NCBI GenBank assembly: GCA_046045965.1
Contig: JBJOKS010000007.1
Span: 96,001-160,000, forward strand
DNA length: 64,000 nt
Source of the DNA: Cyanobacteriota bacterium
Lineage (GTDB): Bacteria; Cyanobacteriota; Cyanobacteriia; Cyanobacteriales; Nostocaceae
Direction: 5' to 3'
Made by a program: the position numbers and the translations under genes
The notes under the pieces: model-generated
What the model was told of the DNA's origin: nothing
The model's database searches: none
Seen by the model: only the letters and a program-made list of their open reading frames with translations
Part shown: piece after piece, positions 21,101 to 31,068 of the stretch
Numbering within the stretch: the stretch's first letter is position 1
How the letters are laid out: each line of letters opens with the position of its first letter

Positions 21101-21222
21101 TGGTAATGGGTAATGGGTAATGGGTAATGGGTAATGGGTAATTTTTATTAACCTCCCCCTGCTTCCCCTGCTCCCCCTGCTTCCCCTGCTTCCCCTGCTT
21201 TCTTAAGAGTCCCCAGTCCCCA
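21101..21222 (+). repeat. STRR repeats (GGTAATG)n, (CCCCTGCT)n, CCCCAGT
   Basis: Directly visible. Confidence 0.85.
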
Positions 21223-23412
21223 TCACTGCTGCGGTAATTTGGGCTGTTCGGCTGAGTATTGAGCGACTAAGGCAGAAATAGACGGGTTATATAACCGCAG
21301 ATAATTCCAGTAGTTACCAAATACTTGACGGACATAATTTTTGGTTTCACCGAAAGGAATTTCTTCTACAAACTCATCTGGGTCTTGTTTAGGTATGGTT
21401 CGCAGCCATTTGGCAACGTTACCAGGACCTGCATTGTAACTAGCGATCGCTAACATGGAATTATTGCCATATTGCTGATGGGTATGATCCAAATACCACG
21501 TACCCAGCATGATGCTATCATTAGGGTTTTCCAAATTAATGGTTTTTATATCTACATTGATTTGTGGTGCTATCCATGCTGCTGTACTGGGCATTACCTG
21601 CATTAAACCAGTCGCACCGACTATAGATTTAATCTTTGGTTGAAACATTGACTCTTGCCGCATCAAAGCCGTAACTAGCAGGGGATTAAGTTGGCGTGTA
21701 GTAGACCATTTTTGGATCTCTTGGAAATAAGGAAACGGATAACGCGCTTGCCAATAGGTGATCTGTTGACTTAAAGCGGCAAATTCTGCTTGTTCTTCTG
21801 GTGTTTCCCGATCTTCCAATTTAGATATCTTGGCAATACCAATCAGATTTTCACCCTTTGCTAACCGCATCAACCCTTCCGTAAATTGTTCAGCTACGCT
21901 AGGCTGACTGTTATTTTTAAATCCTGTTTCCCACTCATACCAAGCATCTCGATCTTGTCCCAGCAAATACAATTCTTTAAAAGCATCAGAACCCGCTGGA
22001 GGTACAGAACGTTGAGGGGGGATAATTTCTGGATTCATCAACCGTAGGTTATTAAAATCACCTACATTCAAACCCAAAATACTGGCAGAACGCCAAGCAT
22101 AATAAGACTGGGGAAATTGACTCAATACATACTTGTAGGCAGTCCGTGCTTCTTCCTGTTTTCCTAGTATAGCTGCCCATTTACCTACCCAAAACCCTGC
22201 TCTGGGAGCCAAAATACTGTTAGGATTTTCTGTAGCAATTGGTTGCGCCCATTGCCATGCACCTACGTAATCTCCGGCTTTAGCTTTACTCAGAGCGGTT
22301 GTCCAGCGATATTCTGCCGCTTCCCCAGAATTGCTATACTTACCTAACAGTAATTTCCTTGCTGCTGTAGCTGACTGACTATCTTGAAGGGTTTCTAATA
22401 GTTTGGCTTTTTGTACCAGTGCGGTAGGTGCTTGTTTAGGAAACTTATTAATTATTTGGTCAAGATAAGGTATTGCAGCTTTACCAGGAGTGATTTCTGC
22501 TAATCTTAGTAGGGCTGTTCCCGTTTCTTCGGCTGTGGGAAATTGCTGTATCTGTTGTTTATAGATCGCAACCGCCTGATCTCGCTTTTTATCTATTTGT
22601 AACCCTCTAGCGGTGCGGTAGAGATTTTGGGCTGTTTTCGGTGCTTTAGCATAAGCAGTAGCAGCTTTGGCAAATTGATTATTATCCCAATATGCTGAAC
22701 CAATTAATTCCCAGTCTGCGGGTGTGAGTTGAGGCTGTTTCACCAACTGATCTAAAATACCAATAATTCCAGGCTCATCAGCGGCATATTTTACCAAAGT
22801 TAATTGTAACTTGGGTTGATTGGGATTTTCTCTTAAACGTTTACGGATAATTTCCCAAGTGAGGGGATGGGAAGGAAATTGTGCGATCGCTTGCTCATGC
22901 AGTTTTGGCAACCCTATCAAGTATATAGCCTTAACTACCGCTGGGTCGTCAGCATAATCTTTCACCACTTTTTGCCGCAGATCGGAAGCCTTACCCTTTT
23001 CACCCACAATATCTTGCGCCTGGGCTTGTTTGAGTAAAATATACGGTGCTAAAACCGGATAGTCTTTCTCTAACCCTTCTAGGAGACTCAGGGCTTTTTT
23101 CCCTTGATCAGTTTCAATATAGTCACTGGCCAACAGATAACGCGCTCTGTGCCGATCTGGTGAAGCGCCTTTTTCCGCAATTTCCGCTAGTTTTGCTGCC
23201 CGTTCTGGTAAAGATTTTGATACCCAATTAAATACAATTGACTGGTATTTATTAGCTTCAGATAATTTTTCAGGCTGACTCTGACTCAAGTTCAACCATT
23301 TACTTAGGGTTTTTCCAGCTTGTGGGGCTGATACCATACCCCCAACTAAAAAGGCACATAGTCCAGCCCCAGCGATCAGATAAATTTGCTTGTTTTGTAG
23401 TTTCTTCAGCAT
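21223..23412 (-). CDS. slt: Soluble lytic murein transglycosylase with TPR repeats (Slt-like)
   Basis: MRQESMF, GLMQVMP, ASYNAGPG, ETKNYV SLT motifs and an N-terminal TM segment. Confidence 0.9.
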   Translation of the reverse strand: MLKKLQNKQIYLIAGAGLCAFLVGGMVSAPQAGKTLSKWLNLSQSQPEKLSEANKYQSIVFNWVSKSLPERAAKLAEIAEKGASPDRHRARYLLASDYIETDQGKKALSLLEGLEKDYPVLAPYILLKQAQAQDIVGEKGKASDLRQKVVKDYADDPAVVKAIYLIGLPKLHEQAIAQFPSHPLTWEIIRKRLRENPNQPKLQLTLVKYAADEPGIIGILDQLVKQPQLTPADWELIGSAYWDNNQFAKAATAYAKAPKTAQNLYRTARGLQIDKKRDQAVAIYKQQIQQFPTAEETGTALLRLAEITPGKAAIPYLDQIINKFPKQAPTALVQKAKLLETLQDSQSATAARKLLLGKYSNSGEAAEYRWTTALSKAKAGDYVGAWQWAQPIATENPNSILAPRAGFWVGKWAAILGKQEEARTAYKYVLSQFPQSYYAWRSASILGLNVGDFNNLRLMNPEIIPPQRSVPPAGSDAFKELYLLGQDRDAWYEWETGFKNNSQPSVAEQFTEGLMRLAKGENLIGIAKISKLEDRETPEEQAEFAALSQQITYWQARYPFPYFQEIQKWSTTRQLNPLLVTALMRQESMFQPKIKSIVGATGLMQVMPSTAAWIAPQINVDIKTINLENPNDSIMLGTWYLDHTHQQYGNNSMLAIASYNAGPGNVAKWLRTIPKQDPDEFVEEIPFGETKNYVRQVFGNYWNYLRLYNPSISALVAQYSAEQPKLPQQ

Positions 23413-23503
23413 GGATACCCGCTTTTAGCCTAGCGTCTGGAAAATAAAGATTCCGATCAGTTTCTTGCCACTTTAACACTACTGGCGGGAAATGTTATCA
23501 CTT

Positions 23504-23983
23504 TTAAGTTGCATCAGGGAGCTTTCTTGAGAGGTTTTTTTGGTGCTGTGGCGGATAAAAAAGAATATCGCGGTTCAAAACTTGCAAATGTCTGAACAAT
23601 ACCCCTATGGGATTGATACCTTGAGCGATTAACCAAATTGACCAAGCAATCAGTTTTAGTGTATTGAAAAATGATGTGCGTGTCAACCATTCATGAAAAG
23701 CAACACGAGCCTCATCTAAAAGAGGATCATATTCTTTTATGATATATTTATCATGGAACATTGGTGAATTAATACCGTGAATTCCACTTACCTGATGTTT
23801 TCCCATTTTAATTCTTGGTAAACAGGAAACTTCCAGGTGATATAGGTCATGATAACATAGCCAATCATCGTGTATTTGGATAAAATTGTCTCCTATTTTT
23901 ACACGGTCTTTACTAATACAACCAAGCATTTTTTTGATTGATAAATCAATCCAAATTTCTGAAGGAGGAAGAATTTTGTCCAT
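23504..23983 (-). CDS. Hypothetical protein (HDxxH...DE motif)
   Basis: 159-aa ORF with an ATG start; family not recognised. Confidence 0.6.
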   Translation of the reverse strand: MDKILPPSEIWIDLSIKKMLGCISKDRVKIGDNFIQIHDDWLCYHDLYHLEVSCLPRIKMGKHQVSGIHGINSPMFHDKYIIKEYDPLLDEARVAFHEWLTRTSFFNTLKLIAWSIWLIAQGINPIGVLFRHLQVLNRDILFYPPQHQKNLSRKLPDAT

Positions 23984-24186
23984 AGGGTGATGACAAATTA
24001 TGTGAATTTGGTTAGTAAGCAGGTGTTTCGGGTTGTTAAGCTATACATGAAGGGTTAAGTTAACAGCAACAAGTGTGGGTTAAACAATAAAATTAATTCC
24101 CAATTTAGATGCTGTCAAGTCTATATACAACATCAAATAAAATGGATGTTAAATGTCAATAGCAATAATCAAAAATCCGATGACGA

Positions 24187-24771
24187 CTATTTTGCTAATA
24201 ACTTAAAAGAGTCGCAAAAACCACTGATACTTTTAGTTAAATATTTTTGCTTCTGTATGGTAGTTTCTGCACTAACTTGATACAACCTTCTTCCCACCAA
24301 AAATATTCTCTGTTTGATAATTTTGTCACCTGGTTTAGTATAGTTAACTTCTTTGCCTAAATAATCACCTAAACTAATTTTTTCTTCACTTATTAAAGTG
24401 CCTTTTGCATTCTGTAAAGCTGTTTTTTTACCCGCGTCTATAGCCTGTTCTACCATATTATTACGTTTTAATATATCAATATATTCTTCTGGATAATCAA
24501 TATAAGCAACTGTGTATTTCACCTCTTCTTGTTGGCGTTCGACTGTAAATATATGGACTTCCACAGTTCCGTCTTTAGTATTAACTTTTTGTTTTGCTAC
24601 TGTGGGTGTACCTGGCATTAAAATACTAAAGCCACCTTCTGGATCAGAAAATATTTTCCAGATAGACTGGGCTATTATTAGTGGCTGATTAGCTGATACA
24701 GTTTGGGTGATGGTGTATCCACTGCCTAAAAAAAAGATTGCCAGGGAGTAAGGGATAATTTGGAATTTCAT
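24187..24771 (-). CDS. Exported hypothetical protein (PsbP/DcrB-like fold suspected)
   Basis: Signal peptide; W..F..PEGGFSILMPGTP, Y.VAY.DYP, FCDSFKL pattern. Confidence 0.75.
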   Translation of the reverse strand: MKFQIIPYSLAIFFLGSGYTITQTVSANQPLIIAQSIWKIFSDPEGGFSILMPGTPTVAKQKVNTKDGTVEVHIFTVERQQEEVKYTVAYIDYPEEYIDILKRNNMVEQAIDAGKKTALQNAKGTLISEEKISLGDYLGKEVNYTKPGDKIIKQRIFLVGRRLYQVSAETTIQKQKYLTKSISGFCDSFKLLAK

Positions 24772-24844
24772 ATCTCAAATGAGAGTCAACACTTCTGGAT
24801 GTTAACACCAGGTTGAGAAATTGGTAAATTTTAGTTAGCAAAAT

Positions 24845-26104
24845 TCATAGTTTCCCTAATTCGGGAGTTTTCCCTTTTAAACCAATCATCAATTTGAGTG
24901 TAAATATTTTCAACATTGGCACTCTTTGCATCAACCATAAACCCAAACGGCGGATGATGACAACTGGTAAGATGTTATTAGAAAATACTCGATCTAATAA
25001 ATCAGTGAAACCTAAAATTGCTAAATTTTCTTTTTTTCGCCACTGTTCATATTTTTTGAGAACTGCAATTTTACCAATATCTGCACCGGCTTGGTGTGCT
25101 GTTTGGATAACTTCTGCTAAAGCTGCTGCGTCACGAATACCTAAATTTAAACCTTGTCCACCAACGGGATGACAGTTGTGTGCTGCATCACCAACTAAAG
25201 CTAAACGGGGGAGAACATAGCGATCGCTCTGCATGAGTTGTACCTGAAAAATAAAGCGATCGCCTAATAATTCTAATTTACCCATCTGCTCACCATAACG
25301 TTTAGTTAATTCTGCCAAAAATTCCTCATCGCTTAAAGCACACAAAGCTTTTGCTTCTTCATGGGGTGCGGTCCAAACAATTCGGCAACGGTTCCCAGGT
25401 AAAGGTAAAATTGCAAAAGGTCCACTTGTCCAAAATTTCTCATAAGCTGTATAGTTATGAGATTTTTCTGGTCTGACAAAAGCCACTATACAAGATTGCC
25501 AATATTTCCAACCTTTAGTTTTAATACCCGCAGCTTGACGAATTGGTGAGCGTGAACCATCAGCAGCTACTAACAATTTACTGCGAATCGTCCGATTTTC
25601 ACCATCAACTTGAATATTAACAGTAACTATATCTTGTTCATTCTGGGTATTTACCACTTCTGCTGGACACAGATAGGTGACATTTTTACAACTCTGCACA
25701 AATTCCTGTAAAGGTTCTAACAGTGCATAATGTTCCGCTACATAACCTAATTCTTGTGTGTCTAAATCAGAAGTTTGAAATTTTACCACATCGGGATAGT
25801 CAGCGTCAGATAAAAACACCTGTCTATATTTAGCGATATTAGGTAGTATTTTATCCCAAATGCCAATTCCTTGGAAAATGCGGGCTGACAGCATATGTAC
25901 AGCATAAGCTTGGCCTTTAGCCACTGCTGCTGATGTCTCTCTAGCTTCAATTAGCAGTATACTTAAGCCAGAGTCTTTTAAAGCCGCAGCCAGAGTTAAA
26001 CCAACAATACCACCACCGACAATTACCAAATCATAATCATATCCCCGGTTGTCTGTGGCTATGGGTTGAGGGGTAAGGGTTTGAGTAAGCTGGGTGAGTG
26101 ACAT
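24845..26104 (-). CDS. UbiH/COQ6-family FAD-dependent hydroxylase
   Basis: GGGIVG, AADG, GPFAILP, GDAAH..HPVGGQGLNLG. Start set at ATG 26104. Confidence 0.92.
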   Translation of the reverse strand: MSLTQLTQTLTPQPIATDNRGYDYDLVIVGGGIVGLTLAAALKDSGLSILLIEARETSAAVAKGQAYAVHMLSARIFQGIGIWDKILPNIAKYRQVFLSDADYPDVVKFQTSDLDTQELGYVAEHYALLEPLQEFVQSCKNVTYLCPAEVVNTQNEQDIVTVNIQVDGENRTIRSKLLVAADGSRSPIRQAAGIKTKGWKYWQSCIVAFVRPEKSHNYTAYEKFWTSGPFAILPLPGNRCRIVWTAPHEEAKALCALSDEEFLAELTKRYGEQMGKLELLGDRFIFQVQLMQSDRYVLPRLALVGDAAHNCHPVGGQGLNLGIRDAAALAEVIQTAHQAGADIGKIAVLKKYEQWRKKENLAILGFTDLLDRVFSNNILPVVIIRRLGLWLMQRVPMLKIFTLKLMIGLKGKTPELGKL

Positions 26105-26284
26105 TGTGAAGATAGATGATGGCGTTTTACTTATTATTTTTACGCAAGTCCTTTCATAGAGCAAGGTGAGGCGGAAAATTACTTTTTACAGACAGAAGTA
26201 AAAACTATTGATACGCAATTTCCCCCTAACTAGTTGTATCAGGGATAAAATAAGATGAAGTGAGAAAAAATCAACTTTCTCTTT

Positions 26285-26420
26285 CAATACTTTTCGGTTA
26301 AGCCCAAAAAATATCATGATGTAGGTTGGGTTGACGATAGGAAACCCAACATTTACAAGGGTTTGTTGGGTTTCACTTTGTTCAACCCAACCTACGAAAA
26401 CTCTTAACCGAACAGTATTG
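26285..26420. mobile_element. 136-bp MITE with 18-bp TIRs and 10-bp target-site duplication
   Basis: TIRs caatacttttcggttaag / cttaaccgaacagtattg (1 mismatch). TSD ctttctcttt at 26275-26284 and 26421-26430. Internal IR gtaggttgggttga..tcaacccaacctac. Confidence 0.88.
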
Positions 26421-26450
26421 CTTTCTCTTTTGTGATTCTTATTAAAAAAA

Positions 26451-26523
26451 CGAGCGCGGAGGGACTCGAACCCCCGACCCACAGGACCGGAACCTGTTGC
26501 TCTATCCACTGAGCCACGCGCCC
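26451..26523 (-). tRNA. tRNA-Arg(CCG)
   Basis: GGGCGCGTGGCTCAGTGGATAGAGCAACAGGTTCCGGTCCTGTGGGTCGGGGGTTCGAGTCCCTCCGCGCTCG; anticodon loop TTCCGGT, T-loop GTTCGAG, no encoded CCA. Confidence 0.97.
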
Positions 26524-26575
26524 TTACATATACAACTAAAAGTATAACATACTTTTTGAATTTAATCAGATTAAA

Positions 26576-27790
26576 TTATAAATAATCTGCGGGGTTAACA
26601 GGTGAACCATTGCGTCTGACTTCAAAGTGCAGGTGGGGACCTGTGGATAAACCTGTAGAACCGACAGCAGCGATCGCTTGTCCTTTTTGTACAGATTGCC
26701 CTTCACTCACATACAATTCACTACAATGGGCATATAGGGTGGTAATTCCTTTACCATGATCAATAATTAGGGATCTACCATAACCACCATACCAACCCGC
26801 AAAAATAACTGTTCCTGAATCTGCGGCTCTAATTGTACTACCATAACTAGCGGCAAAATCCAAACCGGCATGAAAACGCCGATAACCGAGTATAGGGTGT
26901 ATTCTCCAACCAAAAGGACTGCTGGTGGGTGCATCGCTGGGAAATGCAAAGATCCCAGTACCACGAATCCAAATTTTACTGTTAGCTTTTGCGCGTGCTG
27001 CTTGGAGTGCTTCTCTTTCTTCCCTGGCTTTTTGTTCAGCGATTTTTTGTTGAATTAAACCCGTTAAGTTTTCTGAGTCTTGTTCTAACTGCTTTTGTGC
27101 GGCTGCTAAAGCTAGGCGATCGCTATTTAAACGTTGAATTAATTCTCCCTGAGCTTCCGCTTGAGCTTGAAAATCAGCTTTTTGGGCTAATAACTGCTCT
27201 CTAATTATAGCAATCACGTTTTTTTGTCTTTCTACTTCCGTTCTCTGCTGAATTAAGAAATTAGCTTGTTCTGCAAGTTTAGATAAAATCCGCTGGTCTG
27301 CCTGATAAACTAACTTTAACTGATGACGACGACTGATAAAATCACTTAAATTTCGGCTTTGTAACAAAACAGCCAAACCTTGAGAATTTTGCGATCGCTG
27401 TAAAAATCGTAACCGCGCCACCGTTGCAACTTGCCTTTCTTCATAATTACGCTCTGTTACAGATAAAGCCGCTTCTAATTCTTGGAGGCTTTCCGTAGCC
27501 AATTTTAACCGAGTTTCACTATCTTGGATTTGACTATTAGTAGTTTGTAAATTTTGTGTAATGCCAGTTAAGTGTTTTTGCGCTTCTGTTTGCAGATTTG
27601 TTAAGCGGTTCTTTTCCTGAATTACATTTTGACGCTGCTGCTGGATTTGTTGCTGTTGTTGTTTTAGAGTATCAATTGTTTGTGAGTAAGCTGCATCTAG
27701 TGGTAAAAATACTGAAATACACCAGACAACACAAAAAAATGTCAGCAACAACCACCAGATTCTAATTTTGGGGAAAGATACCGTTTTCAT
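26576..27790 (-). CDS. M23 peptidase / EnvC-like murein hydrolase activator
   Basis: Signal/TM segment, long coiled coil, HAGLD and TGPHLHFEVR LytM motifs. Confidence 0.92.
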   Translation of the reverse strand: MKTVSFPKIRIWWLLLTFFCVVWCISVFLPLDAAYSQTIDTLKQQQQQIQQQRQNVIQEKNRLTNLQTEAQKHLTGITQNLQTTNSQIQDSETRLKLATESLQELEAALSVTERNYEERQVATVARLRFLQRSQNSQGLAVLLQSRNLSDFISRRHQLKLVYQADQRILSKLAEQANFLIQQRTEVERQKNVIAIIREQLLAQKADFQAQAEAQGELIQRLNSDRLALAAAQKQLEQDSENLTGLIQQKIAEQKAREEREALQAARAKANSKIWIRGTGIFAFPSDAPTSSPFGWRIHPILGYRRFHAGLDFAASYGSTIRAADSGTVIFAGWYGGYGRSLIIDHGKGITTLYAHCSELYVSEGQSVQKGQAIAAVGSTGLSTGPHLHFEVRRNGSPVNPADYL

Positions 27791-27973
27791 CCCGTGATAT
27801 CAGCCAAAGAAGTACAAGCATAAACAGTATTATGCCCAAAGTTTGGCAAAAATTAACACCCATAACTATTACTGATGATTTGAATATGAAAACAGGTTCA
27901 GGCATTCTGGTTTTAACCTGAGTCTTACCTGGTTAATGTAAAATTATCACCATTACTCTTAACATTAAAGGTA

Positions 27974-28270
27974 ATGATGAAGACACGCCCAAGAATTTTA
28001 TTATTTACTTTAGTTCTCCCTGGTTTTTCGGTAGTATTAATATCGCTGTATTTTTTTGTTTTAGACTATTCTGCACTGATCAAAGCTGAAAACTATGTAG
28101 AACAATTAGCAAAAGATAAAACTGCTAATGAAAGAAGTCTACAATTTGCTTATCATCGAGCTTTAGCCCATCGAATTAATGTTTTTGCAGATGCTACTTG
28201 GGGATTATTAGGTGGTGTAATTACAGCCATAGGTATTCATGGTTTAGTAATATCAAAAGAGAAGGAATAA
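27974..28270 (+). CDS. Small two-TM hypothetical protein
   Basis: Two hydrophobic segments; HRINVFADATW. Confidence 0.75.
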   Translation: MMKTRPRILLFTLVLPGFSVVLISLYFFVLDYSALIKAENYVEQLAKDKTANERSLQFAYHRALAHRINVFADATWGLLGGVITAIGIHGLVISKEKE

Positions 28271-28305
28271 AGAGTGATTTCTGGGAATTTGCCGCAGTCA
28301 ATTAA

Positions 28306-28408
28306 AATCCTGTAAATCCTCAAATCCTGGACATCCTGATTCTGACAAAATTCAATTATATAACATTGTAACTTTATCAGGAAAAGCGGGCAAGATGCCC
28401 GCACTACA
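28306..28408. repeat. AATCCTG-type dispersed repeat (28306-28348) and REP-like palindrome (28386-28408)
   Basis: aatcctgtaaatcctcaaatcctggacatcctgattctgacaa; gcgggcaagatgcccgcactaca. Confidence 0.65.
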
Positions 28409-28428
28409 GAAGATTTAGCTAAGAAGAT

Positions 28429-29748
28429 TTAATTATAAAATGCAGTTTTCCAACTGGCTAAATCTGCTAAGGATCTATCTCGATAACGTCCATATTTTTC
28501 GGGTTTACTTTTAATTTTCACACCCAAATCTGGGACAATTCCAAAATTAGGTGGCATGGGTTGAAAGTGCTTAGGAGCAGCGGAACTAATAAACTCAAAT
28601 AATGCCCCCATCATGGTAGTATTAGGTAACATTAAAGGTTCTTTTCCTAAAGCAATTCTCGCTGCATTTGTTCCCGCTAACCAACCACCGGCAGATGCAG
28701 CAGTATAACCTTCTGTTCCTATTAATTGTCCTGCTGCTAATAAAGTATGACGTTCCTTAAATTGCAAACTTGGTAACATTAACTGGGGTGCATTTAAAAA
28801 AGTATTACGGTGCATAACTCCTAATCTGACAAACTCAGCTTTTTCCAAACCAGGAATCATTTGAAAAACTCGTTTTTGTTCACCCCAACGCAAATTAGTT
28901 TGAAAACCAACCATATTCCAAAGTTGACCTGCTTTATCTTCTTGACGCAATTGAATTACCGCATAGTTACGTTCTCCCGTGCGCGGATCAGATAAACCCA
29001 CTGGTTTCAGGGGACCATATCGCATGGTATCTTCTCCCCGTCTTGCCATTTCTTCAATTGGTAAACAAGCTTCAAAAAATTTCGCGGTTTCTCTTTCAAA
29101 GTCTTTTAATTCTGTTTGTTCAGCTTCACAAAGTGCCTGTCTAAATTGTAAATACTGTTCTTTATTCATGGGACAATTGAGATAAGCTGCTTCACCTTTG
29201 TCATAGCGGGAAGCCATAAAAGCAATATCTTTATTAATAGAATCACCGCTAATTATCGGACTAGCTGCATCAAAAAAGTTCAGATATTCCATCCCGGTAA
29301 AACGCTGTAAATCTGCGGATAAATCGGGACTGGTTAACGGTCCAGAAGCTAACACTACAATACCTTCAGGAATTTCTTTAACTTCACCTCTGCGGAAATC
29401 AATTAAAGGATGATTTGCTAAAGTTTGGGTTAAGTCTTCCCCGAATACTCCCCTATCAACTGCTAAAGCGCCTCCTGCGGGTACTGCGTGTTCATCAGCT
29501 TTAGAGATGATAATAGAACCGAGTTGACGGAGTTCTTCGTGTAATAAACCGGCTGCGCGATCGCTCGCCATAGCCCCGAAAGAGTTACTACAGACCAATT
29601 CAGCCAAATTTTCGGTATGATGGGCAGGGCTGAACCTTTTAGGGCGCATCTCGTGGAGAATTACAGGAACGCCGGCTTGTGCTATTTGCCATGCTGCTTC
29701 TGTTCCTGCAAGTCCGCCGCCAATTACTTGTATGGGTTGTTGTGTCAT
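28429..29748 (-). CDS. trmFO: Folate/FAD-dependent tRNA (uracil-5)-methyltransferase
   Basis: [45 protein letters not shown]. Confidence 0.96.
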   Translation of the reverse strand: MTQQPIQVIGGGLAGTEAAWQIAQAGVPVILHEMRPKRFSPAHHTENLAELVCSNSFGAMASDRAAGLLHEELRQLGSIIISKADEHAVPAGGALAVDRGVFGEDLTQTLANHPLIDFRRGEVKEIPEGIVVLASGPLTSPDLSADLQRFTGMEYLNFFDAASPIISGDSINKDIAFMASRYDKGEAAYLNCPMNKEQYLQFRQALCEAEQTELKDFERETAKFFEACLPIEEMARRGEDTMRYGPLKPVGLSDPRTGERNYAVIQLRQEDKAGQLWNMVGFQTNLRWGEQKRVFQMIPGLEKAEFVRLGVMHRNTFLNAPQLMLPSLQFKERHTLLAAGQLIGTEGYTAASAGGWLAGTNAARIALGKEPLMLPNTTMMGALFEFISSAAPKHFQPMPPNFGIVPDLGVKIKSKPEKYGRYRDRSLADLASWKTAFYN

Positions 29749-29831
29749 AGTTGTTTTTTTAATTACTTGGTTTGGTTAAATATATTTTAAATGTGTTGAA
29801 AAAGCCGCTGCATGGGCATTTTAAGCTTACC

Positions 29832-30182
29832 TCAAAGGGGTAGTTTTGCAATCCGATTAAGCCACTCCTCTGCACTGGATACTGCCCAAATCAGCAATAG
29901 TTCGTCAATAATGACTTCAAGCGGTAATTTACGAGAAACAATGATAACGCCTGTACTTTGCTTGTTGGTAATAAACTGTGCAAACTCTGATGGCATTGTT
30001 TTACGATCATGGCTGACAAGGATACGCCCCTGCTGTGCAGCAATATTCAATACTTCCGGATCTTTTACACCTTCTAAGCCAGCAACAAAGGCGCTTTGAA
30101 AATCAATGCTGGGTTCTCGTCGCAGAACTCCCGTTACAATAGACTGATTCAAATCAGCATCGGCTTGATAGCGAATATTCAC
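29832..30182 (-). CDS. DUF5615 PIN-like protein (toxin of a DUF433-DUF5615 pair)
   Basis: YQADADL, DPEVL..A...RILVSHDRK PIN-like motifs; 4-nt overlap with the upstream gene. Confidence 0.85.
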   Translation of the reverse strand: MNIRYQADADLNQSIVTGVLRREPSIDFQSAFVAGLEGVKDPEVLNIAAQQGRILVSHDRKTMPSEFAQFITNKQSTGVIIVSRKLPLEVIIDELLLIWAVSSAEEWLNRIAKLPL

Positions 30183-30508
30183 AATCTCACCTGCTGCCTT
30201 GCTGTTTTCGCTGCCTTGAGTTTGTCATATAAAATAGGATCACTGGTTTCTAGTGGTTGAGGCATAGCATCAAAAGCCGCTTCCTCATCTGCTAAGTAAG
30301 TATCAATCTCAGCGCGGTTAGCTAGATAAAACGTGATTCCTCCATAAACCTGTTCTAGCGTTAGCAGCGGAAAAGATTGAACGATACTTTCAGGTGATAA
30401 GCCTTTTCGGAAAGCATAGACAATCGAATCTAGAGAAATCCGTGTTCCTTCCACCCAATACCCATCGTTCCGATACTCTACGTAAGTTTTAGCTGCTATA
30501 ACTGACAT
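30179..30508 (-). CDS. DUF433 domain protein (putative antitoxin)
   Basis: GTRISLDSIV..G.SPESI..FP.LTLEQVY..I.FY. Confidence 0.88.
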   Translation of the reverse strand: MSVIAAKTYVEYRNDGYWVEGTRISLDSIVYAFRKGLSPESIVQSFPLLTLEQVYGGITFYLANRAEIDTYLADEEAAFDAMPQPLETSDPILYDKLKAAKTARQQVRL

Positions 30509-30700
30509 AAATTTACTCGCTTGTCTAGCTATTTATAATCATAAACTGTTTTCTTAACTCTGATTTTGTCAAGTCTTTGTTTTTCTATTTTTTTGATTCT
30601 CTCAAATATACAGAATCAATGATTTATTTTCTGAAACTTTCGGAAATATATTTTATGTAGATACAACAATTTAATAACACTGTACATCATCTATTCTGAA

Positions 30701-31036
30701 TTAAAAAACTGCGTATTCTGAATGTTGTCTCAGTGAAGGATAATGAAAACCAATGACAATCTCTTTTTTAGCAATTCCCATTTCTTCTAGTTCTTCACCA
30801 ACATCAATATCTGTGTTATTTTCCTGAAGCCAGATTTTTCCATCTTTGATATCAAAATGGAATATACAGGAATGAATTCGGCGTTTTTTATCCCAACCAG
30901 TCCGCAATAATAGATAATGATCATTTTCTGTATCAAAGATCAATTGGGTTTCCATATTTTGATCTTTTGAGCCATATTTTGCGTATTGGGTGAGAAATTC
31001 TCGCAAACATTGGCGATAGTAATTTAGTCTATCCAT
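30701..31036 (-). CDS. xisI: XisI family protein
   Basis: LIFDTENDHYLL..GW...RIH.C..H.DIKDGKIW.Q..NTD...IVIGF. Confidence 0.9.
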   Translation of the reverse strand: MDRLNYYRQCLREFLTQYAKYGSKDQNMETQLIFDTENDHYLLLRTGWDKKRRIHSCIFHFDIKDGKIWLQENNTDIDVGEELEEMGIAKKEIVIGFHYPSLRQHSEYAVF

Positions 31037-31065
31037 AATTTTATTACCTCTGTTACTTCATCATT
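31024..31065 (-). pseudogene. 3' remnant of xisH overlapping the xisI start
   Basis: Reads (N)DEVTEVIKLWID* in the frame overlapping the xisI ATG, like XisH C-termini. Confidence 0.5.
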
Positions 31066-31068
31066 TTA

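Noticed and set aside
26186..26509. 107-aa ORF
   Set aside because: It reads through the tRNA and the MITE, so it is spurious.
26451..26523. tRNA-anchored integrative element
   Set aside because: No integrase and no duplicated tRNA 3' end seen in the window.
30701..31036. fdxN excision element
   Set aside because: No xisF recombinase or interrupted nif/fdxN gene; xisI paralogs are commonly dispersed.
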